The notes beneath the pieces were generated by a model, which was not told where the DNA came from, made no database searches, and saw only the letters and a list, made by a program, of their open reading frames with translations. From the NCBI GenBank assembly GCA_964016885.1, contig OZ024753.1, forward strand, positions 2,046,001-2,110,000: a stretch of DNA of 64,000 nucleotides, in the 5' to 3' direction. Position numbers and translations under genes: made by a program. Below are positions 10,896-25,000 of this stretch, one piece after another. This stretch comes from Eledone cirrhosa. Its lineage: Eukaryota. Position 1 is the first letter of the stretch, and every line of letters begins with the position of its first letter.

Positions 10896-12598
10896 CTGAA
10901 AATATACAAGTAGATAAATACAGATGTAGAAATAACACATGGTATCTTTGGGAAAATACATTCAGAATTTTTCCAACCCTTGCAAGCAATAAATGATGAT
11001 GATGTTTTCTAACTGTGTTGCACAAAGAAGCTGTGTATTCCTTACTAAAGACTTATGTATCTAAGAGGTTACATAGCTAGAAATACATCTCAACGACTGG
11101 CTCTTCTCTTCAAGGCCAGAAAATACTTCAACCATTAACAATTACTGACCCTCTGTAAAGCTCAGGCGAGGTTCACATTTATTCCTTATTACCGACATGA
11201 TAACTTTGAGGACTGGTGCAATGATAAAATGCAACAATCACTCTGTAAAGCAGTTGATGTTAGAAAGAGCATCCAGCTGTAGAAGCTATGACAAAAATGG
11301 AATGTATGAGCAAGATAGCATTCTCTGACCCATCTAACTCAGAATAAGAACTGACTTAACCCTTTAGCATTTAAACCGGCCATATGCGGCCAGAATTCTC
11401 TCACCTCTTTCTGTTCAAACCGGCTGTAACCAGCTACTCATACTGATGTTAAAGTATTGTTTTCAAAATAAATAATATCAAAATCTCATAGATTTGATAT
11501 TATGTGAAATAATTATGTGAGGTAAAGCCTTTACCATGAAAATATAATAGTATATATAGAGTAATGTAAATGCTAAAGGGTTAAACCCTGATGACCTGAG
11601 CAATCCATGTCAGCAAAGAAAGCAGGTGTAAAATGATGATGTTCATTCTCAGAATCATCATCATCATTCATCAAATGTTCGTTTTGTTTTGAACTGTTTC
11701 AACTCTACATCTGAAAAGTGGGTATTAGCCCTGAAATATCATGTTGAAATATATTGGGTAAAACATTACTTGGTTTTGTTTTATTTGTCATTTGTCTTTT
11801 GTATTTTTATACCGTATTGTACCAGCTTTTTTAAATTTATCAGTCTTTTATTATCACCATCATCATTTAATGTTTATTTTCCATACTTGCATGGGTTAGA
11901 TGGGCTGTCATATACTGAGGTTACACTAGTTTGGTGACCATGTCTTTCTTGTATGTTCTGATTTTGGCTCGGGTTTTCTACAGCTGGATGCCCTTCTTAA
12001 TGCCAACCACTTTACAGCATGTACTGGGAGCTTTTTTGCATGGCACCAACATTACTAACTTACAGGCAAACTGGATGCTCTTTGTCATGACACCAGTATG
12101 ACCCCTTATAGGTTGGACCATGTGCTTTTTGTCATGGAACTAACAAGACCACATTGAATGGTTAACTGGGTGCTTTTTGTTGTGACACCAGCACTACCAT
12201 TGTACAGGGTGTGTTTTATCATGTTACCAGTGCTGTGTCATCATGACATTTGGGTCCTTGTTGTTTCCTTGGACCAGCTGATGAAGCAAGGAAAATAAGA
12301 GAGCAAGCTATATAGATAAAAGATTGAAAGCACAATTATCTCAATTATCTTTTAAACAGTCTTTCAGAAAAGGAAGCTACATAGCCACATATTTGCTCTA
12401 ACGATTCTGTCATCTATTGCTTTGTAACAATGATAAACTGAAACTCAAATAAGAATCAGTAAAGAAACAAAAAAGGAAATCTGCTGCTTACAAAATGAAA
12501 ACTAACTTACCAAGACAGATAAAAGAACCAAGATAGAAAGCAAATCCATATATAGCTCTTTCAGGAGATGGGAAAGGTGAGTGTTCTGGTTTAGCCAT
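10823..12598 (-). CDS. PIGP: PIGP (GPI-GlcNAc transferase subunit P), 5' coding part; two coding exons, 3' exons not in window
   Basis: Spliced translation [54 protein letters not shown] matches the remembered PIG-P N-terminus ([17 protein letters not shown]...[23 protein letters not shown]); canonical splice sites with compatible phases. Confidence 0.93.
11360..11580. mobile_element. piggyBac-type MITE (family A), TTAA target duplication
   Basis: TTAA|CCCTTTAGCATTTA ... TAAATGCTAAAGGG|TTAA; homologous copies at 16454, 19954 and 48417. Confidence 0.85.
12511..12598 (-). CDS. PIGP: PIGP first coding exon ([29 protein letters not shown])
   Basis: Acceptor ccttctag before 12617, ATG at 12598-12596, phase-1 donor TTG|GTAAGT. 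Confidence 0.92.
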
Positions 12599-13875
12599 AG
12601 TCCAAATATGTCATCATCTAGAAGGTAAAATTAAAATAATGAGAATATCAATAACTAATTATTTTATGGCTGGCTTACTATTTCAATGAATTAATGAAGA
12701 ATCTTGAGGAATTTATAAAAATGAAAAATCCACACTGTAACATGGTTAGTGCTAGGAAGGGCATCAAGCCGTAGAAACCAGGCCAAAATACAGATCCGTA
12801 TGAGCAAGACATGGTCTTTAGACCTGACTTGTCTCATAACATGACAACCCGTCTAACCCATGTGGAAAATGGAGATTAAATGATAATGATAATTCTATTA
12901 CTAAGATAGTAACTTAACATGATTATATGAATTTACATTGGAAGATATTAATATAAATTGGAACCCTTTAAAATGAGTGTTTTTATTTCATAAGAACCAC
13001 AGCAGGTTACGGTTGAAACCAAAATTGACAAATTTCAATTTAAGTATTTTTTCAAGGTTCACCAATGCCATATCTTCAGCGATTGATTGGCAGAATTGCT
13101 AGAGTGTAGGACAAAATACTTCGCAACATTTAGTTACAGGCCTTTATGTTCTGGGTTTAAATCGCGTCGAGGTTGACTTTGCCTTTCATCTTTTCGGTAA
13201 AATAAAGTACCAATGAAGGGAAAATTTATACAACAACCTCGATTTTAGTTGGAAAAAATATTGTTGTTTTTTTTCGTGCGCTATCAACTAATCTAATCAC
13301 AAAAAAATTCCTGAAAAGACCGAGTAAAACATTTTTCCTACAGAAATTGAGGGGTGGGGCTTCTATAACACGCAATTAAGTACTGGGATCAATTTCATCG
13401 AGCCCCGCCCCAACTAAAATTACGTTGAATAAACATTTCATATAAAATATCTTTCAGTTGTACTAGAACATATATGTAAAAGAACACCCAACAATAAATT
13501 CATAACAAATGTATGTAAATGAACACAATACTGTAATGTATTTAGTTGAATACAATACCAGTTTTTGGTCATCTCTGGTGGCGGTTTTGTAGCAATCTGA
13601 TAATCTTTTTAAATAGAATAATTGATTTAGTGCATTCCTAGAATAACTGCAAATTCCTTCGAGTTAGTTACAACAAAGAATTCACTACGCAACTTGAAGA
13701 AAACGGTAGTCACACGTATGATGGTTTGGTTTTCTATACATAAAAACACCGATTAGTATTCACTAGTTGAAGAATAATAACTTCAAATTATTACTGGAAA
13801 TATAAAAAATAAATATCAAATATCACGCCAAATAAGAAATACTAAAATTAATTTGCTTTTCTCGTTAGAAAAATA

Positions 13876-13885
13876 TCTTACCTGA
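13876..13885 (-). other. PIGP: Candidate splice donor of a non-coding PIGP 5'UTR exon
   Basis: Strong CAG|GTAAGA on - strand upstream of the acceptor at 12617; exon start not determinable. Confidence 0.4.
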
Positions 13886-14783
13886 ACTATAGAAATATAT
13901 TAAAAGTTCTAGTTACGAAAACAAATCAATAAGATGCCATGTTTAGTGTTGACCATTGTGACACAGAATCTTGTACCGAACAACATTTATTTAGTTATTC
14001 ATCATGCATATTGTTTCAATTGATATTTTTTCTAGAAATATTTCCCTTTGGAAAATACTCTCACATTAAAGTGACAATGGGATTAGATGACAATTTTTCT
14101 TGCACATAGGTTTATTTTTAACAATATGTCCACCTCATTTATACAGTTGGATGTTAGCTCTCGTTATTTGTACTGAAATTGTTAGAATTTAATGTAAGAG
14201 TTCTTTCTCGTGAAAGTTTCGAAATCTTGACGGAAAAACTCCCAGTACAAGAACTGCAGCTTCGCAATTATATTTTCAAAACCAGCTGACTATAGCCAAA
14301 GCGGGCTCGTTGCCAGGGGGCGGGGCACTGCTCCCTCCCTTCCTCACTTTTTTTACATCTTGAAACTTACATCAGAGTTATCTCCCATATTACTTGTGAA
14401 ATCTGTTGCTTTTCTCTATTAAATACAAAACCAACACATAAACAAGCTTTCCTAAACTATAACTGATGCATGTACATGCATAGACACAGATACAACTGTT
14501 ACCATACACCTGTGGCTGAACATATACGAGCATTTAAGAGACGCATGCATATACATGGAAATATAAAATGCAATGTATATATATATATTTACGACTTCCA
14601 ATATACAATATTAAATACGTATAATCGAGGAACATTCAGAATCAAGTCAGAATACATAAACACACACATACGTAAGACACATGAGATCAAATACAGGTGA
14701 ACAGCTAATAAATACACACAACGCCAGAATCAGGCTTATTGACAGAAGCAGAACACACGAACATGTACATACACATATTGCAA

Positions 14784-14831
14784 TTTACACTAGTAACGGT
14801 TTAGTTTACATCACGTGACCAAAAATGGCGG
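14784..14831 (+). promoter_or_regulatory. Motif cluster at NPHP4 start: X-box-like TTTACACTAGTAAC, E-box TCACGTGAC, YY1-like AAAATGGCGG overlapping the ATG
   Basis: Motifs at 14784-14797, 14811-14819 and 14822-14831. RFX X-boxes are typical of ciliary genes; the X-box match is imperfect. Confidence 0.5.
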
Positions 14832-14950
14832 GTCCTAATACGCATTGGGTGCCAAAATCTGTAGTACAACCGCCACACGAACGACTTTCAACTGCACAGA
14901 AGCTCTCTACTCCTTTCAAGATCTGTTTAAAAACCTCTGATGGCGTCAAG
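14825..14950 (+). CDS. NPHP4: NPHP4 exon 1a (MAGPNTHW...[15 protein letters not shown])
   Basis: ATG, donor AAG|GTAAGA, phase 0; PPH..ST.F...LK..DG as in the NPHP4 N-terminus. Confidence 0.9.
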
Positions 14951-17900
14951 GTAAGACCTGTTTTAACTAAGCACTCCATGATAGCCCCACAAGAAAAGAA
15001 ATGTCGAAGAGACCCGGTGGTAGAAGCATAGAGTAAACATTTCTTTCTATAGGTTGTGTGAAATAATATTTTCTTTTATCTAGCATCAGAGTTAACCTAT
15101 ATTGGCAATAAATACAAATAATTAATTCAAGCCTTTTTTTTCTCTTTCTACTGGGATTCAACGCACCGATTCCTAATCCAAGAAATATCAAGTCATGTGT
15201 TTTTTCGTCCTAGGTCAGCCCCAATCCATCATACCTACCTAGTTCGATTGATTACTTAAATGTTATATAAAGATCCTTTGATGTAAATATTCGTGCATTT
15301 TTATTATTACATCCATTTTCCTCTGGTGGAGGAACCGCCGAAAACGAGTAATTTACGAACGACGGTTTCGAATAATGCAATTTTGGCTCAAAACACTTTA
15401 AAAAATCACAGGAAAAACAAATTTCACAGTAGAGCATCAGACAGCATGTTTTGCAGCATACAGTTATATCCCTTGACATTTTGAGTTCAAATCTGAGATG
15501 GTTAGCATTCCCTTTTATCCTTACGGGGTCGATAAAATAAAGTACATGTAATGCACTGGATCGATTTAATAGACTTTCCCTTTCCCCAAAATTGTTGGCC
15601 TTGTGCCTAAATCAGAAACCATTATTTCCTTGAACTCAGACAGATCTTGTATCATCAAAATTAATACACAGGAGCAAGTACTAACATATGACCTACAGTT
15701 TACCCTCCTTACCATATTTGTAGTACATCATCATCATCCTCATCATTTACCATCTGCTTTCCCTGCTATCAAGGATTAGATGGATCTACATAGATCAAGT
15801 CAGTATTGAAGCCAGGCTGCTGACCTCCCAGACAGGCTGAGGGTCTGTATCCTGACTACAAACGGTCATATCAAGTGCTGAGGAGAAGTTGTGTCTTTTG
15901 ACACAAACTGAAGGGTTTTCCTAATCCCTTGTTTGGCAAGCTTTCTACAACTGGATACCCTTCCTAACACCAACCACTTTACAGTGTATGCTGAGTGCTT
16001 TACAGTATGTGCGAGGTTAGCTTTGTCTTTCATCCTTACTGCTGTTAAAATAAAGCACCAGTAATGCACTGGAATCAATTTAATTGACTTTTCCCTCCCC
16101 TTCAAATTGCTGGCCTTTTGTCTAAAGTAGAAACAATTATTGATATGTTTGATATTTTAAATGTTTAATTTTTAGTCTCTGTTATAAATTTTATTTGACA
16201 CAAACGAGACCCCACACTGTACCATCCTGTGCTATCTTTAATGTTTTCTTAATGTGAACACTGTGTGGCTATAAAGAAACCAATATTATTATTGTGGATT
16301 GGCAGTATCAGTAGAGCATCGGCGAACATACTTTGCGGCATAGTGTTACGGCCCTTTAAATTCTGAGTTCAAATCTCACTGAGGTTGGCTTTGCCTTTCA
16401 TCCTTATGGGAATGATAAAATAAAGTATCACTAAGGCACGGGGTTCGATTTAACCCTTTAGCATTTAAACTGGCTATATCTGGCTAGAATTCTCTCACCT
16501 CTTTCTGTTTAAACCGGCCACTCATACTGATGTTAAGGTATTGTTCTCAAAATAAATAATATCAAAATCTCCTAGCTTCGATATTATGTGAGATAATTAT
16601 GTGTGGTAAAGCCTTTACTGTGAAAATACAATTGTAAATATAGAGTAATGTAAATGCTAAAGGGTTAATTGACTTTCCCCTCCCCCAAAATTGTTGGCCT
16701 TGTGTCTAAATTGCCTAAATCAGAAACTATTATTATTATGATAAAGTCAGTTGGTAACAGTTTTAGTGGAGCAGAAAAAAAATTACTTACGGTATTTAGT
16801 TACCTTCCTCTTATGTTGTGTGTTTAAATCTGATTATCCGTCTAAAATTGCATTTCAGTGTTTCATGGAAAGGAGTCATTCAGATTTAACATGCATATCT
16901 CATGATTTATAATGCTTATTATCTACAATGTGGTTTGTACAATTTCACAGTTCAACCATACAAACATTGCATTGTTTTTGATTCTTTTTACTGTATAAAT
17001 CCTTATCATTGCAACTTGTACAGACATGATAGAATAACACTTTTCTACATTCCTTCTAAATAACTTCTATCTTAATATCTTATTTCTGAGTACTTTGTCC
17101 ATACATACATTTATGTGTATATGTATATAGTGTTTGTATACACACACACACATGCTGATTGCTATAGATAACAACTGCAAAAATCGGACAAAATAACCCT
17201 ATAGACAGAAAGGATGTGGTCTGAGGCACCTCAATTAAATCAATTGACAAGATCCCACACCTCATTGATTTTTCCATGTTTGCATAGGTTGGACAGGTCC
17301 TTCTCAGCATGGCATCTTTCCACACATCGCAATCCTTTGTCAACGCTTGTGTGAGTCTCAGTGACTTGAGGCCAGCTCTCACAACCTCTACCCAGGTCTT
17401 TCTTGGTTTACCTCTATCACTACTTCCTTCCACTAGCATTTTCTGGCACATCTTTACCCAATGATCATTGTCCATGAACATCACATGTTCAAACTAACGC
17501 AGTCTTCTCTCCTGCACACTACTTCAAATTCCTCTTAAACCCAGCTTCTCCTTCAACTCGTCCAAACTCTGACTGTCTCTCACATTTACATTGCATGTCC
17601 AATGGAGTATTGTTGTTTCATTCTTCTATTCTAGCATTTTGAACAACAGAAATTTAATTTCTTTCTGTTGTGCAGGCAATACTTTCAGATATAGTCCTTC
17701 CCTTCCGTGCAAAACTATGTTTACAGTATTGTGGCAAGCTGACGATTGAAATAATGCTAAAGTTCCTTTTTTCTTGTTAGTTTGTTCTCTCCATCTTTCT
17801 ATCCATCTCTTCGTTTTTCTCCATAAGTCCTGCTCCATTGTTTTTGTCCCCATTTTTCTCCACTCCTTCTCCTCCCATCTCCCTCTATAATCCTCTCATT

Positions 17901-18545
17901 TCTCATCTCATACTTTAGACTCTCTTTCTTCCTCTTTCCGTTCGATTTGCTATACATATAGTATCCGGCTGTTTACGAGTATGTATATATGTATATATAT
18001 GTAAATGGTGTTGGAGGGGGTGGCATCCAGTTGTAGAAACCATGCCCAACATGGTGCACGCGCAGTTCGTTGCAACAATAACACCAAATTTTGGGTTGAC
18101 TCTGAATCAAGTTTATTCTCAGTTCATGTTTGCCACAATCCTGTAATTGATTACCTAATCTTGGCAATTTACACCCGATGACATCGCAAAGCCTTACATC
18201 ATGATTTCATGCTGTAACTAGGCCTTAGAAATACGTATTATAATTTTACAATAAAGAACATTTGGAATCCGGCCTTCTGTTGTCTTTTAAATATTTAACT
18301 CTGTTCATTCACCAACCACGAAATACCACATCTATGATGGATGAATTGCATAATATCAAGTGCTTTAGCTTATTACATTGTGATTTAGTAACCAGAATAA
18401 CCAGATCTATCCATTAGTTAAACCATCCAACATAAATGGTATGTATATATATTATATATGTGTATGTGGAGAGATGCTGTGCTGAATAGGACCCGTCCAA
18501 CCCTTGCAAGCAGGCAAAAGCGAACGTTAAATGATGATGATGATG

Positions 18546-18606
<61 letters not shown>

Positions 18607-18967
18607 CATATATATTTGTATATACACACACATATGTAACTCTCTCTCCCTCTCACTATATATATGTATGTACATATATATATCTGTATATATGTATGAA
18701 TGTATATATATAGATATATATTTGAAGAACTGTAAATATGAAATTCAGGTTAATGATTCAAGAAGCCTTCAGATTCTAATAAAAGACACACACTCTACTA
18801 TATATATTGAGTTCTCACTCCCACCTCATTTATAAACACAACCATCCACCAGTTTCACTCCCTTTATATATGTATATGCTTGTGTATGTGTCTGTATCTG
18901 TGTATTTATATTAGATATATATTACAAAAGCTGTGTATCTGTGAGTGTATGCATGTGTGTGTGTCAG

Positions 18968-19019
<52 letters not shown>

Positions 19020-22000
19020 TATTTATATTCATGTGTCTGTGTTTGTATGTGAGTGTGTGTGTGTGTGTATTTATATTAGATATTATTTATTACTAAAGCT
19101 ATGGTTGTCTTTCATAACTTTGTTGGAATGTCAAAGTTTAACTCAGTCAAGCTTTCAGCTTTGAGAGAGAGAGAGAGAGAGAAGGAGTGTGTGTGTGAGA
19201 CATAGAGAGTTGAAGAGAGGGAGTATTTGTGCATGTGAAACAGAGAGAGAGAAATATTTTTACTGACCATTGACAGCAGTGGGTGGCAGGTTGAGGTGGA
19301 GTGTTAAAACAATTGCTGTTATCATTGTGTATGGTCTGTGAAGGAAATCACTAGGCAGACCATCGACCATCAACCCATCAAGCATTGCCATTGTAATTTA
19401 GTAGTTAGGTCTAAACGCCTGTTGTTTGTCCTTCAAAAATAATGGTGTTTCTGAATTATGAGAGGAGGTTGGCACCACATTGCAAACGGAAAGAGACAAC
19501 AACATCTCACAAGCATAGCTATAGCTGTCCATTACGGATTTCTTTGACATCATGTGAAGGTGTCAATCAGAGCAGAGATGGTGGTGGTGGTAGAAGGAAG
19601 ACAAAGGTATGTAAACATAAATCATATTTTCTTACATAAGTGGAAAGCCATTTTTTTATGAAGAAATGTTTGGTAAATAGAATCAATGCCCAGAATATGT
19701 CTTCATCAGGTGGTGAACTGTCAGTCATTAGAACATTGGACAACATGTTTTGTAGTATTTGTTATATTTGTTTTGACTTTCTGTGCTCTCTGAATTTAGA
19801 TCCTGCAAAGGTTAACTTTGCTTTTTATCCTTTCGAAATTCATAAAAAAATGTACCAGTTAAATATGGCGATCAATTCTTTCTCTATGTCCCTTTCTCAC
19901 TCTCTGTCTCTGGAAGTAATTGGCTGAAAGGCGATGGATTCCTCTAGGTTTAACCCTTTAGCATTCCCATTACTCTATATTTACTATTGTATTTTCACAG
20001 AAAAGGTTTTATTGCACATAATATCGAATCTATGAGATATTGATATTATTTATTTTGGGAACAATACCTTAATGTCGGTTAATACCTGTTACAACCAGTT
20101 TGAACAGAAAGAGGTGAGAATTCCGACCAGATATGGCTGATTTAAGTGCTAAAGGATTAAAGTGCCTAAGCCACACTGTGTGTTATGATTGCACCACTAC
20201 AATTCCATCAGTAATTACTGGTCCATATATATATATCTTCATCATCATCAAAATATTACTCTGTTCTTATCAAGCTAAATACCATACATCCCTATCTTGC
20301 TCTATATTGTCTTGTTCTTATATATTCACAGTATTTTAAGTTTGTCAATTATTTATATTATTCATCCACTAAGGGACGAAGGGTGGTGAATTGGTGGAAT
20401 TGTTAGAGTGTTGGACAACATGCTTTGTAGTATTTATTTACTGCTGCTTATGTTCTGAATTCAAATCCTACTGAGGTCAGTTTTGCCTTTCATCCTTCTT
20501 GGGTCGATAAAATGTTTTGTTTAGGTAGTTTGCAGTGTTTTTTTGTTTTTTTTGCTGGCATGGGTTTGACAGGACTTTTCGAGATAATGTTTTAACAGCC
20601 ACATACTCTTCCTGACACCAACCATTTTAGTCACTTCTTATGATACTCAGGTATACAGTATACCTATTCTAAACTGGATGCACAATGCCCATAGGTAGTT
20701 TTATTATTTTTATAAATTATCTATTTCATTCTATTATGTATTATTAATTATTATTATTCATTAGAACATTGTACAAAATGTTTTGTAACATTTAGTTATG
20801 ATCCTTTATGTTCTGAGTTCCAATCCAGCTAAGTTCAACTTCGCTTTTCATCCTTTTGGAGTCAATAAAATAAAGTACCAGTCATATACTATGGTCGATG
20901 TAATCAGTTTTCTTTTCCCTTCCCTTCAAATTGTTCGCCTTGTCCCTAAGTTAGAAATCAATATTTAAATGTGACCATTTATCATCAAATTCCAATGACA
21001 TTCATTTTGCCTTTTATCCTTTTGATGTTAATCACATAAGTACCAGTTACATACTGGGATTGAAATAAGCAACTCATCCTTCCTTCTAAATGTGTGCCTA
21101 TGCAAGGAATTCTTATTATCAAGGTAGTGGGTTGGTAGAATTGCTAGATGTTGGACAAATCCTTAGTTTGGCATATTGTTAAGTCTCTTTAGTTCAAATC
21201 CTGCTGAGGTAAGCTTTTGCATTTCATCTTTATGGGATTGATAAAATAAGTACCTGTAATGAGCTGGGGTCGAGTTAATCAGCTTCCCCCATCTCTTCAA
21301 ATTTCTGGCCTTGTGCCAAAAGTAGAAACAAATATTTGTTGTCGCTCTTTAGGTTCTGATTTCAAATCCCACTAAAGTAAACTTTGCCTGTCATCCTTCC
21401 CTAATGAGGGACGGTGGTGGTTGTAGAGGTTGGTAAAATAAAGTACCATGGGGAGGAGGTCAGTAAAATAATGTAGCAGTCAAGTACAAGTATCGATGTA
21501 ATCGATTTCCTCCTCCCCAACAAAGGACCAGACATGTATCTAAAGTAGAAACAATCATTATTATGGAAGTAGCAGGATGGGTGTGATGTGCAAGGTAATG
21601 GTACACCTATTACAGAATGCACCCGGTACTTCTGGTTTCATCTGAACTAATTTTCAGTTGGTCAGTTTATCATGCAGTTGTTGTCATAGCAACCATCACA
21701 TGGCTACTAACTGACCAACTATTTTTCAGTTTTACAGATGCCAGTTTCTCTCAGATAGAAAGATTAATAAAGACAAAAGAAAAAATATTAAAAACTGATC
21801 TATGTTCTGTTCTTTGATATTGTTGTTCTGCACAGAAGCTTTCAAAACAGGTTTGTGACCATAAATGGCTAACAAATTGTTGGTGGTGGTGGTGGTGGTG
21901 GTGGTGGTGGTGGTGGTATTGGCGACAGTGGTGGTGGTGGTGGTATTGGCGGTGGTATTGGTGGTGGTGGTGGTGGTGGTGGTATTGGTGGTGGTGGTGG

Positions 22001-25000
22001 TGGTGGTGGTGGTAGTGGTGGTGGTATTGGCGACAGTGGTGGTGGTGGTATTGGTGGTGTTGATGGTGTTGGTGATGGTGGTGGTATTGGCGGTGGCGGT
22101 GGTGGTGGTATTGGTGGTGGTGGTGGTATTGGCGACAGTGGTGGTGGTATTGGCGACAGTGGTGGTGGTATTGGCGGTGGTGGTGGTGGTGGTGGTGGTG
22201 GTGGTGGTATTGGCGGTGGTGGTGATGGTGGTGTTGATGGTAGTGGTGATGGTGGCAGGGTTGGTGTTGGTAGTGTTGGGTGTTGGTGGTGTTGATGGTA
22301 GTGGTGATGGTGACAGTATTGGTGTTGATGGTGACAGTGTTAGTGTTGGTAATGGTTGTGGTGATGGTGGCAGTGTTGGGTGTTGATGGTAGTGGTGATG
22401 GTGTTGGTGGTGTTGATGGTAGTGGTGGTGGTGGCAGTGTTGATGTTGGTGGTGTTGATAATAATTGATATTAATTGTGTTAGATGACAGAATTATAAGT
22501 GAGTGGCACACATGTTGCCATTGGTGATTGAGTTGTTATTTAGTTCCAGGTCATCAACTTTGATTGAGTTGTTATTTCGTTCCAGGTCATCAACCTTGAT
22601 TGAGTTGTTATTTCGTTCCAGGTCATCAACCTTGATTGAGTAGATTTATGATAGAAATTGTTCCAGTTGTGGCCATCCTACCATTTGACATAATATACCT
22701 ACAGTCTCTTAATAATAATAGTAATAATAATAATAATAATATAAATACAAATAATAAATAATTTAACAGATATTAAATAAATCTATTATCCTATGTTTTT
22801 CTTTTTTAAGACAACATTGACTTAACACTTAACATCCTGTAATGATTAACAGAAAATATTTAAAAATTGGTTTGTTTTATTCAAATGTTTATAGTATCTT
22901 TATTAGAGGACAGATTGCTGTAAAAATTGGAAGCAAACAAGAGTGAAGTCTTTAATTTATAATGTGATGCAGGCATTGTGCTGTTTTGTACTTTTCAAAA
23001 TTGTCAGGAGGATGTTCAGCTCGAAGACCATTGAGACTTTTCAAAGGTCCTTGACTTGGCAGAGTTATAGGGTAGTTTTGTCTGGTTGAGACAAACTCTA
23101 TAGGCACAGGAGTGCCAACAACGAAATCTATCCAAGACATATGCAACACACCAAAACCATCTTGTATGGCTATCATCACTTATTCTCTTCATTGACATTC
23201 TACAGAAAGTGAGCATTGTTTTCTGGTTGCTGATTCCCTTTAGACATCCCTGTTGACCTTTTTTCTTTCTCCAGGGATACTTTACACAATATATCCAACT
23301 GCTGATTGTCTTGTCCAGTTGGTAGAGTGCTATGAGTGCCTGACAGCATTCTAAATTTTTGATACCCATCCTCAGTTTGCACTTGAACCAGAGCTACAGA
23401 TCTGCTAAAAAGAAAAGATGTGAAAAAAAAATATGTCTAATGAAAGGTACCCACCAGAGATGTGTGGTTCAATCCCCTGTAGGTGTCTCTGTATGTTCAC
23501 TTTCTGTCTGTCCATCTTCACAGATATTCTGTCTGCATGGTAGCAACTATATTTTCAAATATATATAGCTCATGGATGTTATCCAACCATCTTGCTTGGG
23601 TTTGGTTTTGCCTGTAAAATCTGTCCAGCAATTCTTTCCTGAGATATTCTAACTACATGCCCATAGCTGTAATCTCTCAATTTGGAGAAGTAGTTGCTCT
23701 ACCTGGAATGACTCTCTGATCTCTGAGTTCTATCAAGTAACGTTACTCCAAAGACTCTATTAAAAAGATATCTTAATAAACATGAAGAATAATATTTCTG
23801 GTCCGCAGAGAATTTAATAGGAGGACATATAAAGGGGAAAAGGTGGAGTAAACTAAATGGAAAGGTTACTTTGGTTTTATTAAGATGTAATAAACAAAGA
23901 GAAGTGTTACAGCCAGATATATTTTGATTGGTGAGCCTGCTTGCACCCCACACCTTTCAAATTCTTTTTCTACCATTTTGTAACCTTCAATATAACCAGG
24001 GTGGCATGGGAGTGTCTACCCTGCCAGCTTTCTTTTCACCTTCACATAGGTATGTGTTTATAGCATACACTTAAATAGGTTGCTAGATAAGAATTTTAAG
24101 ATAGGGCAATAAATCACTATATTCAACAAGTACAACTTTGATTTGAGATATTTTGTTTTGAATCAGTATAGGTAATATCTCTATAGCTTGGTTTCTTAAT
24201 TTACTTAAATTGATTAAAATTAATTATTTTTAGTATAAAGATAACTGTACTTAAATAGAGAAAAATGAACATTAACAGAGACAAAAATTCAAATAGAGAA
24301 AAACACTTAAACAGAAAAATTAGGGGAAAATAGTGAAACTTAAATATTGAAAAACATAGAAATAAAAGATATAGTGAGGAAACAATACATGTATAGAGAA
24401 TAAAATGACAAAAGGGGAAATCAAATAATCAGATACTTTGTTCATAAATTTCAACAAAAGATGCCATGCTTAAAGGACATTAAGAGTCGGACGCCATGCT
24501 TTGACGCATAGAGTTACGGCCCTTGCCATTCTGAGTTCAAATCCCGCCGAGGTTTACTTTGCCTTTCATCCTTACGAGGTCGATAAAATAAAGTACCAGT
24601 AATGCACTGGGTAATTGCTGGCCTTGTGCCAAAAAGTAGAAACAATTATTGGCGGTGGATTGGCAGTATCGGTAGAGGGTCGGACGCCATGCTTTGCAGC
24701 AACGAGTTACGGCCCTTTATGGTCTGAGTTCAAATCCCGCCGAGGTTAACTTTGCCTTTCATCCCTAAGGGTCGATAAAATAAAGTACCAGTAATGCACT
24801 GGGTAATTGCTGGCCTTGTGCCAAAAGTAGAAACAATTATTAAGAATCCTATATTGTCAATATAGACCTGGCTGCATGTGAATCAATATTTTTCATCCCC
24901 ATCATCATCAACATTCTTTTTCCATCAAGTATTTGATACTGGTATGAGTTGGATGGGACTTTTTGAGGCAATGTTTCACAGCTAGAGGCCCTTCCTGATA

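Noticed and set aside
21732-22511. 259-aa Thr-rich and 173-aa Val-rich ORFs
   Set aside because: Translations of a (GGT)n tract with no splice or homology support.
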